Positions 13,801 through 26,366 of a stretch of DNA of 64,000 nucleotides are shown piece after piece. Source of the stretch: Cystobasidiomycetes sp. EMM_F5. Lineage: Eukaryota. Location of the stretch: NCBI GenBank assembly GCA_051047955.1, contig JBPGPT010000025.1, positions 62,001-126,000 on the forward strand, in the 5' to 3' direction. Both the position numbers and the translations under genes were made by a program. The notes under the pieces were generated by a model, which made no database searches, was not told where the DNA came from, and was given only the letters and a program-made list of their open reading frames with translations. Numbering within the stretch: position 1 is the stretch's first letter; every line of letters begins with the position of its first letter.

Positions 13801-15849
13801 GTGCGCGGTGTGGAACGCGGAGCCATTGTTTGACGATATCGATCTTTTGAAGAGCGTATCCGACGTGGAATGGATTTGCTCAACGAAACGCAATCAGACC
13901 TGCTCCATCTGTCTCAAGACCACTTGGGTTCCGACAATACGCTGCAGTAATTGCCCCAAAATATTTCATCCCGCCTGCGCCTGGCTTGCAGGGTACCGTT
14001 TTGCGATCGAAGTGATGCCATTAGCTCCAGAAGCCGACTGGTATCTGCCGAGTTCGCGTTTCAAAGATGAAGAGGGTTAGCGCGTACATTACGCAAGATG
14101 CTCTGACTTAGGCTTACAGTCGGTCTGTTTACGCAGGCGATATGCGGACTATCGTCATTTGTAAATCGCATCCACATGACGTTACACGGCGTATCTACGA
14201 TCTCGGTCAGAAAGACAAAGCCACTGGCCTGGTGAGTACCTATCGCTGAATGTCTCGACCTATCGCCTGACGCATCAAGATTCGCAGACGGCGATTCTTG
14301 CGTTCGTCAAAGTAGGCAAAGCACTCTTGCAGCACTTTGCCACGATTCACTGATGTGTCTGCTCAGCATTGCAAATGGCCATATTCTGACAACAAGTGGG
14401 CTATGTGGCGTGCAACCCACGTCTACGGACAACTCAACGTGACGAAAGAGATTAAGGCGGCCTTGATGGAGCCCAAAAGTCTCGGCGGTAACAATATGCA
14501 GTATGGCGAAGAAGGTAGGCCGGTCGTCTGTTTCACAAGATTTTAGTCTCCATCTTACAAAATTTCTATTCACAATGCAATATACAGACATCGAGACGAT
14601 GGAGTGGCTTTATGCTCCCAAAGCTCCATACATCAAGCCGGCTAAGGGCGCAGCTAGGGGTCGCAAACGAGTGAAAACTGATGATGTCAGCGAAACACAA
14701 CAGGACCAAAATCTCGCTAACGCTCCGGCGATACAACCGTCGATTATCACCGCGGAAGCTAAAACGGCCATTCTGACCGAAGAAGCAGAACCTAAAATGA
14801 AGCAGAGACGAGTCAAGCGCAAAGCGCCTCCGTCCGAGCAAGCTACTGAAGATGTCAGCTCGCTCTCTGAGGATGAGGTAATGCCCTCTGCGTCCACTGC
14901 CCGGTCGCGCACAGCTGCACGACCGGTGCGTGGCGTTAGACGTTCGGATATCTTGCAGGAAGCTGCCGGCGCGGTGGATCCTCCAGGCAGCTCGGCTCGA
15001 GCCCATCATATTCCAATTTCAACGACGACTCCTATCGTCCATCGTGCCACAGCAAACGTGCCCGAAAGTGCCCCAGTTCAGAGCAACTCGATACTCAGTG
15101 CCAATTTGCAAGCTGAACAAGCCGAACAAGCCGTATTGACCAGTGGCATCGGGGTGGACCTCTTAGCACCCGCGAAGCAGCCCACTGCAGCAGTTCCAAC
15201 CAAACATCTGCCCTCTGTGTTTCAGGCAGCATCTACACCCTCAGCTGCGGCTTCCCTTACAGCTTCTCTACCAGAACCTCAGCTGCGCGAAGCTCAATCC
15301 AGGCGAGACGCTCAAACTAGGCGAGACATTTACACGTTCAACCAGTCAAACCCTGCGCAAAGTCCAAATCATCGCCAACAGACACATGTAATGCCGGACA
15401 AGCGCGGACCCGTTGCAGCGTCTCCTCCTCTTGCAGATGCTCGATCCTCCAACGGTTCAAGCGTGCATAACGCTATGCAACCGAGACCATCTCCATCTGT
15501 CCCCGCATTGGTTCCCACTCTGCCCCTGCCTGTTCCTTCCTACTATCCGTACCATGGTTTATCGCGAGATTGGCATCAATCCCGCGGACTCAGCTATTCC
15601 GGTATCCTAGGACCTTCGAACCCTCAACCTTTCTCCTTCGGTCATCCCTTAGCCAAGTCATCCATTGCGCCGACGTTGAACGGATCCTTTCACCGCTCCC
15701 TCAATAACGAAGGCATCAAACGCAGTACTCCAACATATTCCAATTACTACCCACCTTCGAGCGGGCATTCGCTAAATCCTGATGCCACCAAGCATGGTTT
15801 CGTTTCGCCGAAGCATCCGTCAAAGACCGAAGAAATGTCCAACGTGTAG
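10831..15849 (+). CDS. SNT2: SNT2-like chromatin protein (BAH, PHD, ELM2/SANT-like, GATA-like Zn finger, PHD, extended PHD)
   Basis: BAH (DHVYVAPPY...IRGRCRVMH...FYDRFM); PHD (CCLCGHNYHLTCLEPPLSRKPALGWRWSCIPC); WPWRYFG...PRASTRTGSRFQA; SANT-like AEIVHHYY; CxxC...CDSC; second PHD and zf-HC5HC2H (VHLLCAVW, CSNCPKIFHPACA). Confidence 0.88.
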
Positions 15850-16037
15850 GAGAGGCAAGAACTAGCTGCCACTTGTAAGCAAGATGCATCGACGACGTTC
15901 ACGTATCTGTAGAAATGTGCATCTGTAGTCATTCGATTCATACAGCGTCCTGTTATTGTCAACAACACCGTTCCAAACCAAATATGGCTAAGGCTACAGG
16001 CGAAAGCGACAGCTAGAATATTGATTATGCATTTCCA

Positions 16038-19000
16038 TCAATGACGAAGTGAATACCAAAGTGTGTATACCGATTTGCCTGCCATGGCTATGTGCGCTTC
16101 GTCTCTTGGAATGGTCTTGGAGTCGTTGAGCTCAAACCAGGCACCGCGATTCTTCACATATGCCGTATCTGCAAAAAAGCAGTCGTCAGTTTTGACACAA
16201 AGGGTGATATGATTCACAGGCTCTTACAATGACCACTGCTGAGGCTTCCAAAATGGTTGCTGACAGCGTGTAAATCGTACAAAGGAGTAGGATGTGGCTC
16301 GGTGTGCCCACCTAGCGCTGAAGCATATCTGGCCTCGACCTTCGGATCCAGCGGGGGCGGTACGTAACGACTGAGATCCAGGTTTCGCACAGGAAATTCA
16401 ATTTGGCTATCTATACGGCTTGTGAATGGACCAGAGAATGAAAAGCGTTTGAGGTGTATGAGTAAAATGGGCGGTAGTCGCGAAACGGTCAGCTGCTTCG
16501 AAGCCCTACGAGCCTTCTTGCACTTGGGACAATTCCAAGCATCGTCGCCATCGAGGATTTCCGGCTGCGTAAATAGATCGATGCATTGGCTGAGGGTCAC
16601 CTTTTTCGAGTTTTTGCCTGGGATCGGCAGAGACAGATACATGAATGTATTATACGTCGTGGATGTCGCGCCGCAAGTGAGACAACGCAATTGACTCTTG
16701 TATTGCCCTTGCAAGAGGCGGACAATAATACTGTCGTCTCGGCGGAGGTAAATATTCCATTCGCGAACAGCAGCTATTTGGGTAGGCAAAGACTCGAGTT
16801 CAGCTTCCCGCTCAGGCGTGAATTCGACCGGCGGTGGCTTCTTGATCACAAGATTGAGATCCTCGTGTAAGCCATCGAGGAGGAATGCCAAAAATTCTTG
16901 ACTGTCGTGCTGATCGGAGCCTTTGAATTGCGGTGCAAAGCGACAGATAGCTTCTCTGAAAGTAACAGGAGCAAGAAAGCTGTACTGTTGTCCCCACAAG
17001 CTTTGGATGAGTTGTGCAACAGCATCGGCCAGAACACCTTTAGTGCCCAGGGGGTTGTGCTTGTTGACAGCTTTTTTATAGCTTCCGTCTACAATGAAGT
17101 CAGTGAAGTCGACATGCTTGCTACGGAACAGAGCTACTGACCCTTAAGAAAGCGTGCCAACGGCACTGTACCGCTCAGACATTGAATCATCGAATTCATA
17201 TAGCAAGTATTGCCAAGGTTTTTGAGTCCCGTTATACCAACAGTTCCATCGCCGAAAGCGTAAAGCTGTTCTGGGAACGCCCCATGCTTTGGATTCGTCA
17301 GGTAGGATGCCTTCTGGAACAAATGAAGACTTTGATCTCTTGTTGGACTGGCGAATGAGCTTGAAGGTAATCGGGCGAGAACCGGCGGAGGGACTTGGAC
17401 GCCGCCGGGCTGCGTACTGAGTGAGGGCAAAGGCTGACGAATGGCCGCCGGACTTTCATTGACGCGCTGTCGCTGTTGAAGAACCGGATAATCGATACTC
17501 CTTGATCCACCTTGCGGTACGTTAGAGTATTGCGACGGCATGCCGTACCCCTTCACGTGTTGACCATGTGCGTCGAAGTAATTTTGACCAACGTTCGCTT
17601 GCATAAAGTTCGATGACATTGCAGACTGGATCGATGGAGTTGGATATGCTTCATAAGGAGAAGACGGACCTGTGCGGTGTACAGCCACAGGAGGCATCGT
17701 AATTCCCGGCATTGCATACGCGCCGACTGCGCCAGAAGCCATATTATTCGTAGCAACAGAACTACGTGCGTTGTCGGTACCAGGATTGGCGACGTTATGA
17801 TCGGCTCGCTGTGAAGCAGGGGTCGGCTGCAGAACAGCTTGTCCATTGGCAGCCTGACGATTTCTCAACATGCTGCGAAGCGAGACTCAGCCGGCTTAAG
17901 TAAAGTTGGTCATGCAAAACTCACGCTTGGTATTCATCTTCCTTGCCGAAGGACTGTTGAGGCGCAGCACCTTCATTTGCAGTCAGAGGTCGTCCATTTA
18001 CATGGTCTGTCTGTACAGCGCGCTGAATGCCGGCCACCCCAACGTCCTTCAGCCATGCTTCAAACCCTCCTGCAAGAATGAGCGGGCTCCTCTTTAACCT
18101 GTTACGCTCGTCCGCGAAATTGTGTTCATAGATAGCAGACGAGAGTATAGCCAGAGTCTTGGCCTCGGGGGTGGCCGGGTGAGTTGCATTACTGCCGATT
18201 CCTAGAGATGGTCCGTAGATCGAGAGCGGAGCGTTACGAGATCCTGCGGTATTTTGAGGCGCGGAATAACCATCTGCACCAGGACGTAGTGGCAGCGAGC
18301 GCGTTGAGCGATCATACAGAATGATTAGATCGAACTGTGCACGATCGCGGAAAAGTGTCTGTTCTTCGTCAGGAGATACGACGAGAGAGTTAGTGATGCT
18401 GAAAGCTGTGGAGTTTGGGGACAATGTGAATGGTTCTATGCAAAGAGCTCTCCCTTTGATATGACCATTCTGAAATTCTCGGCGTGAACGGACGTCCATG
18501 AGCAATATGGATGGCCTGGCTGATTTTGTAGCGGCTACCGACTCCATTATCGCCCACAGTTCTGATGGAGTGATGGATGTCGCCTTCAGATTTGGGAGTG
18601 AAGGTGCGGACGGGACGCGGGGAAGTGGAGGCCGACTTTTGCTCTGTAGTCCCATTGGTATACCATTACCCATTGCTTGTATCGGGGGAGAATGATGCAA
18701 GTCAACTCCATTTGACGATGGTACGGCTGTACTGGCGGGGTAGCGAGCTGTCGTTTGCGATGCACTAGAGGATCGATCCCTCGTCAAATGAGGCGAGTCA
18801 ACAGAATGCGGCGATGATACCGCAGGCACTCTATCCGGCATATGAGGAAGCCTTGTCGGAGCAGGATGGAATGGCATTGGCAGGGAAGGGCGGCGCTGAT
18901 CGGTCGCATCTTGACTCTCCGATTTGGACATGCCGGTGCCATTGATGTTGTCGTAGTGTGCATGCAGCGTAGAGAGGCCAGGCAGCTCAAAACTGAAACC

Positions 19001-20610
19001 TTCGGCTGCAACATCAGGAAAGCGATTCTCAAAACTGTTTCTAGCACTATCGTTATCTGCAGATTCAGCAGCCGGCTCCTGCTGCACGCTGTTGAGCGGT
19101 AGAGACTTGCGCAAGCCAGAACCCGAAGCCTCGAAGTTGCGCAAAGCTGCACGACCATCGTTTGGTCCGACTTCATCAATGAGCCTGTCTGCTTCTCGAG
19201 CATGTGCGGGACCAGACGCTTCGGCCATGGAGTTCGGCATGGTAGGAGGCGCAGACTCTGACCGTTCAATAGTATTCGGGTCGTCAGCGACCGCTAATGA
19301 ATCGCGTTCTTGAGCCAGAACTTCCTCCTCGTCATCTTCGTTTGGCATCGTTTGCGACGAAGTGCGGGGGACCTGACCTTTGGCATACTTCGTTGATCCA
19401 TGCGCAATAGTTGGCTTATTGAGCGACACGTTCGGTGATTTGACGTGAATGGCCGGCTGCAAAGCGCTAGATGCGGAGTTCGTTCCATGCTGGGAGCCAC
19501 TTTGCGGAGAATTGCCTTCTGCGATGCTATTGGAACGGGAAGTCTTTGCCGATGAATGGGAAAATTGAGCAGCCTGGTGCCCTGGAGATGCATTGGGCAG
19601 CTTGCCAGTATCGATGCCGGTATTGTACAGCGCCGCCATACGAGCAACGAAAGAGTTGCCTATCCGCGGTGAAGGTGTAGATATTCCTTCATGCGATACG
19701 GGCGGAGTAGAATGAGCGCTTGCATCGATGTGTGCAGACTGCTTCAGGCCTGGTGAACTGGGCAGAGAAGCTGATCCATTCGGCGAGTTTTGAAGTCGGA
19801 TTGAAGATGTCGGTGCTGTCGTCTGCGTCGATTTGAAGGGCGCGGGAACCGATGTGGGTGATATGGGCGACGATGCCGTAGTGGGTTTGGTTGAAGAAGG
19901 GGGTACCGGTGGCGGTCCTGCGCTGGTACCAGTCGAGGAACCGGTATGATGCGTCGTTGCTTTACCGTTGGTCAGTACATGGAGCGGAGAGCTTGGAGCA
20001 GCGCTTTGAGGCGACGTAGCGGCATTCTTTCCCTTGCCAGACTCAGATACTTCCGCCTCGGGCTGGATGGCCAGGATGTCATTGATTGCAGACGAGGCAG
20101 CGGCAGGACCTGCCAGTGAGCTCTTAGACGCTCTTTCCCCCTTATTGCCTTCTATTCTCTCCTCTAGATCGCGCACGCGGTGAATATATGGGGTGACCTG
20201 GATGATATCTACGGGATCAGCATTTCGAGACCTGGCATCCAATAAACACTGCTCACCCTCGCTTTCAAGTCAGAGTACGAGTAATATGGTCCCTTCTTCT
20301 CCTTTCGCATTGCTTCAAAGTCGGGATGGTCGACTATTGCTCGGAGCAGGCTGATACATCATTCATTATTATCAACGGGGACCCAATACCATTCAGCTCG
20401 CAGTTTGCAATCACACCACGCATAGGCTCACTTTGCGACCTTGCGATATCCGACATACGCTCCCTCGACATCGTTGTCCTCGTCCGCCCTTTCGGCCTTT
20501 TCCTTTACACGCTGGGCGGTTGTAATGTACGACCGCAGCGAAAACTTCGAGTCGAGCGATACCTCAGACTGCGCCCGGAGCCGCGACAGCGTGGAGCTCG
20601 CAGAGGTCAT
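16038..20610 (-). CDS. DOA4: Ubiquitin C-terminal hydrolase Doa4/USP8 (N-terminal dimerisation domain, rhodanese, USP catalytic domain)
   Basis: LLMDVRSRREFQNGHI rhodanese; Cys box GLKNLGNTCYMNS; QHDSQEFLAFLLDGLHEDLN; LLIHLKRF; His box YDLHAVSNHFGSLSSGH|YTAYV...WFELNDS. Confidence 0.93.
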
Positions 20611-20757
20611 CTTTTCATTCAGGTCATTGGATGGTCCGGAGCGAAAGAACGAATGCAATCCGACGATATCATATTCACATAGATATGTGCAGGGTATCAT
20701 TCAGTATAATCATACAACCTCAATTCTCCCGTGTCCCGTTGCATGCCTCCCTCAATT

Positions 20758-21682
20758 TCACCTATCCTCGCCAACGAGGTCCCTTCTCTCGTGAATCGTA
20801 ATTGCCGTCGCACTCTGATCGCCCTTGGTGGTCCGCACTCTGCGAACAAACCTCCCTTGCTGGTCAACGTGCCAGACGTGTCTTGCCGTCCACCCCTTGT
20901 CGATGCTGAAGACTGTCGCATCGATGACGTTCTCGTCGGCCGGCAAGTCGCGCACGAAATACTCTTCCTCTGCTGAAAAGTCACCCGCTCTTTTCCATTC
21001 CGACTTTACGCGCATCCTGCCTAGAAACGAGTCCTTCTGTTCCCGTTCGATGCCATCGTGGTGCCTTTGATGAGGATACAGGGCAGTATGTTGGTAATCC
21101 AGTTGTGGAGCAAAAGTAGACACGGCCACCCACCACACTTCCTTTATCGCAAGTAGTCCTCCCGTTGTATGCTGTCGTATGTACAGAAGTGCGGCCTCGT
21201 CAGACACTGTCTCATCCTGTTTGCTATCGTAGGCGTAAAAGCAGTCGAGAAAGACTGGCGCCAGAGCCACGGCCTTGCGGATCGGGGCACTGTAGCCTAC
21301 ATGTGTAGCGTCAGTTACACCTCTGCGCAACACGCACCACGAATAAATGAAACTCACCCTGGACAGCCAGTATCGGGCTGAAATCGTCAGAGGCTGCTCT
21401 GGATAGCTTCCACTTTCCGCGCAGGTTTCGCAGGGTAGGAACGAGCGGAGGTTTGTCGTCGTCGTTGGATATCTTGGCTGGACGTGAGGCTCTCCGCTCG
21501 AACGGGTCTTTCTGCGATATCGTCGGGGTTGGAATTGATGCGGCGCTGCTCTCTGAAGAGACGGAGCCTGGCATTGCTGGCCTGGCTGGCACTGCTGTAG
21601 CTGCAGACGTGCTGCTACTGCCTCTGCCTGCCCCGTTGACGCTGACGGGCAACTGCTCCTGCCATTTCCTGACCGAGTCCAT
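20758..21682 (-). CDS. Conserved fungal hypothetical protein with calycin/FABP-like beta-barrel signature
   Basis: LRGKWKLSRAASDDFSPILAVQG|VGYSAPIRKAVALA...GWTARHVWHV...RFVRRVRTTKG resembles the FABP-like GxW / S(E/D)xFxxxLxxxG pattern; two inferred introns. Confidence 0.6.
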
Positions 21683-21906
21683 GGTATTCACGGCGCTTTC
21701 AAGCTCAACTACGCTGCCATCCAGCTCGTTATTAGCATATTGTCAGTCTCAGGCCTGCTCATTGTCGAGTTGGATGATTTGGAGCGGAGTCAAGCCATTC
21801 TCTCCCAATTTACGCCGTCATTTGAATTGATTGCTGCTCTTCCAGCCAACAACTTGCAATAATGACCTCGAAATGACCATCATGACACTGCTGTAGCTGC
21901 TATTTG

Positions 21907-24900
21907 ATGACCATGGCAGCTGCCGCAGCCTCCGCCGACTGGGACACGCTGGGCGACTCGAGCAATGCCTTTTACCGTCGAGTGATCCAGTACGGCAGCA
22001 CAGAGTCGTGGTCTGCAGCACTCCCAGCTGGCGTTGACCTCGCAGACTACGTCGTAGCCTCAGCCGACAACGGCGGGCCCATCGCATTGACCAGAGACGA
22101 CAGCAAGCCCGTCATTGTTGGCAGCGGGAGTAGTGCAACGACGAGCGAGTCTGGTGGTGGCCGCAAGAAGCGAGTATGGCTGTATACGTGTTCCGGAGTG
22201 TTGCTGCGGTCCATCGTAGTGAGTGGTGTTCAAATTGCCCGTTTGTAGCTATTGACAGACATCCATACAGTGGGACTACAATTCCCGGATAATCAAACTC
22301 GGCTTCACCTCTTTCGAATCGCTCGTCATCCTCGCAAAGGACGGGACATACCGCATCTATCCCCTGAACGGCCCGTCACCGTCCTCCGTCTTGGCAAATA
22401 GCAGTGTCGCACTAAACACATACACACAACACTCCCTCACTGCCGACCTCAACGACGCTCATATTCTCGACGCACGCATATATCCAGACGGAGCAGTCAT
22501 TCTCAGTTCCGCTCTGCAATTCCTAGAAATACGCGGCTGGCCAGAAAGTCCAACCGCATCCAACCTCTTCTCCGCACCCTCAGCTTCCAGACCTCACAAT
22601 GCCGATGACCTCGGTTCTCCGGTCCAGAAGTACAGGTCATCCTTGGACAATGCACCGCGATCCGGCGCTGCTTTTGCTAGTAGTGCCAGAATAGATCGTT
22701 TCGTCGAGAGCGGGCTCGAGCAGATGCCAAACGCTTGGTGTCTACTAAAACCCGAACAGAGTACAAGCCGTCAAGCCGAGGTGCTCATGTCTGTTGGCGA
22801 GAGTCTGCGAAGTATAGACCAGCTTGATGTGCAGGATCAGGTGAGCGAGAATAGATTCAACTAACGACGTAAGCCTGTTGACAGACGTCACGCACGTTGC
22901 GACATACAGCGCTTTTCGCGCGGTCCATTCAGTCATATCGTCCCTTCTCCCTCTGGAAGATTCTTTGCCTTCCTGACAGCTCGTGCCCCACAATCGCTCC
23001 TCGTGGTTTCCTCAGACTTTGCAGAAACCCTCTCGCAGTACGACTTGTCGCAAGAGCCGGGTGACAACGGTCCACCTCGGCATGTCCTATGGTGCGGCAG
23101 CGACAGTGTCGTGCTCGCATGGACGACGTCAGTAACGATTGTCGGACCATACGGTCGCAACCTAAGGTATAGCTGCACGTCATCGCTGATGCAATCAGCG
23201 TTCTGACAACAGTTTGGGCGTGTCTCAGATATTATTATAACGAACCTATCCATCTCACCGCCGAATTGGACGGGTTGCGGATACTGTCAGCTACAAAGTG
23301 CGAATTTCTGCACAAAGTGGCCCGTACGTTCGGTCGTTTAGTAATGCGTGGCGAAATGAGCACTGACGTATTTCCGTTTCAGCCTCAACTGCCGCAGTCT
23401 TTCAGCCCGGATCAGCGCACTCTGCTGCAATACTGTTTGAAGCACAGGAAGAGTTTGCTTCCAAGTCCGCAAGGGCGCATGAACGGATCGCACAGATCCG
23501 ATCCGATCTAGCTGAAGCAGTCGATACGTGCATTGACGCTGCCGGTCGTGAATTTGATGTAACTTGGCAACGCAAGTTGCTCAAGGCTGCTGCGTTTGGT
23601 AAAACGTTTCTCGATTTATACAATCCTGCCGATTTTGTTGCCATGTCGCGAACATTGAGAGTATTGAACGCCTGCAGGCATTACGAGATTGGGATACCCA
23701 TTACCTACGAACAGTGAGTACAATTTTTAGCAAGTCCGATTGTCTCCGGTAATTGGCGTTAACGATAAATATCCACAGATATATGTCCATGGCTCCTGCT
23801 GTCTTAGTATCACGCCTCGTCTTGAGGCATCATCATCTTCTTGCTCTGCGTATCAGCTCGTTCCTTGGAATATCGCCCTCACCGACACTAAGGCACTGGG
23901 CGAGCGTAAAGGTTTCCGACAGCAAGAATGACAACGACGATGCCGCTCGAGTATCCGCGCTAATTGTGGGCCGGCTGTCAGAGACTGCTACCCAGGGAAG
24001 TGGCAGCCTCAGCATCGAAGCGGGAATTACGAGTACCGATATCTCCTGCGCTGATGTCGCGAGGATCGCCTGGAGCGAGGGTAAAACCATCTTAGCGACA
24101 CGTGTAAGTCATCCATGAATACCCGTAAGCGTGATATTGACGGTTTAAACGCGAATGAATACAACGCAGCTACTTGAACACGAGCCCCGTGCGCACAAGC
24201 AAGTCCATCTACTTTTAGCGATGAAAGAAGACAATTTAGCTCTGCTCAAAGCGACACGTTCCGGTGACAGCGACCTCGGTAAGCCTAGCCAGCACTAGAA
24301 CATTTGTATATACCTAAATCAGTAAATCTGCAGTGTTGACGGTCTTACTATCGCTTCGGAAACAACACAGTCTAGGCAACTTCTTTCGCCTGCTCGATGG
24401 AAAAGACGAGGCGATCGCAATACTGCTCAACTACGGCAAGCGTTACGATACAGAGCTTGTGAGGGACTTCTGGTTTCAGGAAGATAGGCGGATGGAAGCA
24501 GCCTGCTTTGCTCTTGATACCGCCGCTTTTGTAGGCCTCAGACAGCCTTCAGCGACCGAAGTGGCGGCAAGTGAGCCGGTCCCGCTTTCTGGTCCGCTCA
24601 GGAGAGATGTTCCAACTCTCAATGCCGAACAATTTGGCAAGACAATGGAGCTTGTCCGAACAGCGGCAAAGCTCTTCTCGGAAGACCGAGACTGCGCGTT
24701 CGAGTCAAAGGTGAGGACATCTGGACGGACTTTGCTAGCTATTATCGCTCACCGTCTTGCGATTGCAGATTTGCGACGATCGTGTCAAGCTGATGGCGTT
24801 TCAGCAAAGTCTGCAGAGCGAGGCTGGTCCGAATGTACTGACGCCGTTTGTCGGCCTGAGCGTCAACGAAACAATCCGTCAATGCTTTGTGCACAACTGG

Positions 24901-25425
24901 GCTAAAAAGGCAGAGAAGTTGCGCACCGATTTCAAGATATCAGATAAACGGTGCGTTTCAGTTTGATCTGACTCCAGACTTTTTAGCAACCTGATCTAAT
25001 ATCAACGAACCTACCAGATGGTGGTACGTGAAAATGAAGGGCCTAATCGAGATCCGGGATTGGGAAGGGTTGGAACAATTTGCGCGTAGCAGGAAGTCTC
25101 CGATTGGATATGATCCGTTTGTCGAACACCTGCTCAGCACGGGCAACACTAGGCAAGCACTACAATACATACCAAAGTGCGAGCCTCGCAATCGTGCGGA
25201 CTTGTACATCAGCGCCGGCGACTGGGTCAAGGCGGGTGAAGGTACGTGGCGGAATTGCAGGTTACCGTCGCCGCTATGAACATATCTGACAAGACATTGC
25301 TAAATGATGCAGAGCACCGTGATCGGGGAGAGCGCGGCAAGCTGCAAGACCTTATTGGGCGAAGTCCCAATAGCCATTTGGCAGATCAGTTGACAGCAAT
25401 GTTGGATGATATCCGCGGCTTTTAA
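21907..25425 (+). CDS. VPS16: Vacuolar protein sorting 16 (HOPS/CORVET subunit), many exons
   Basis: [93 protein letters not shown]. Confidence 0.95.
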
Positions 25426-25568
25426 TCTGTTCACGATAAGGTTCTGATTCCAAGTTGCATATGGGTCATAGCACATTGCTAAGTATGTTATGAATGCTGC
25501 TGATGCTACAGAGATTTTAGCAGCTCAGAGGTTTGCCGAACATTCGACCAGCCATTGAGCACGGCCTT

Positions 25569-26015
25569 TTAATTGGTCTTGTGACCGGTGAGCTTGTCCT
25601 TGGCTGCTTCTGCCTTTTGGGCGAGGTAATCTGGCGGCATGGGAGCGAGTAAGATTTGAGAATAAATTGCATGGGGCGAAAAGAATGACCACTGACCAAC
25701 GTTGGGGACGCCGCCAGTTTGGGAAATGGGAGCTACGCCCTGCGGGTCATTTTGCTTGTTGAAGTGTCCTTCAATTTCGCGGCTGAAGTAGGGCCACGAG
25801 AACGTCAGAACGTGACGCGACTGGCTGAAACACGCGGGCAGCTGAACTCACACAGTCGTGCCCGGCTGGAAGAGGCCAGACCCGGTGACCCTCTCGGTAC
25901 TGCAGCACAATTGAAAGACATTAGACGGCGCCTCTTTCCAACCAACTCGACTGCGGTGAGTTCCTCACCCCGAAGACACATTGCTGCCGGTGTTGGTGTT
26001 CGTGGTAGATGACAT
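25569..26015 (-). CDS. Small (~80 aa) four-exon hydrophilin-like protein, paralogue of the N-terminus of the adjacent gene
   Basis: Splicing three canonical GT-AG introns gives MSSTTNTNTGSNVSSGTERVTGSGLFQPGTTVREIEGHFNKQNDPQGVAPISQTGGVPNVDYLAQKAEAAKDKLTGHKTN*. Supported by alignment with the neighbouring gene and shared intron positions. Confidence 0.75.
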
Positions 26016-26366
26016 GGCGGAGTACTTGTGGATTGCTGAATACGTTTCTGAAAAGAGCAAAGCAAAGACGCGCAGACAAGAATCCAATTGTGAAGACAAC
26101 TCGCTGATGATGCAATAGCCCCATATAGTTTGCCACTCGGTCGGCGATCCTTTCGCAACTGCGACAATCATGCAAAATGCATTGAAACAAGGGCATGACT
26201 GTCGGTCTTCATGCGGAGATGCGTCGTGCTATGCAAAGTCTGGCATGCAAGTCATCAAAGCGTCGGGAAATGCGCGCACGTCGTGTGTACAGTGCGTAAG
26301 AAGCTTTACAGGCTAATCTGGTTTGGAATTGGTTGATACAGGACTATACGAGATCACCATCTCAGA

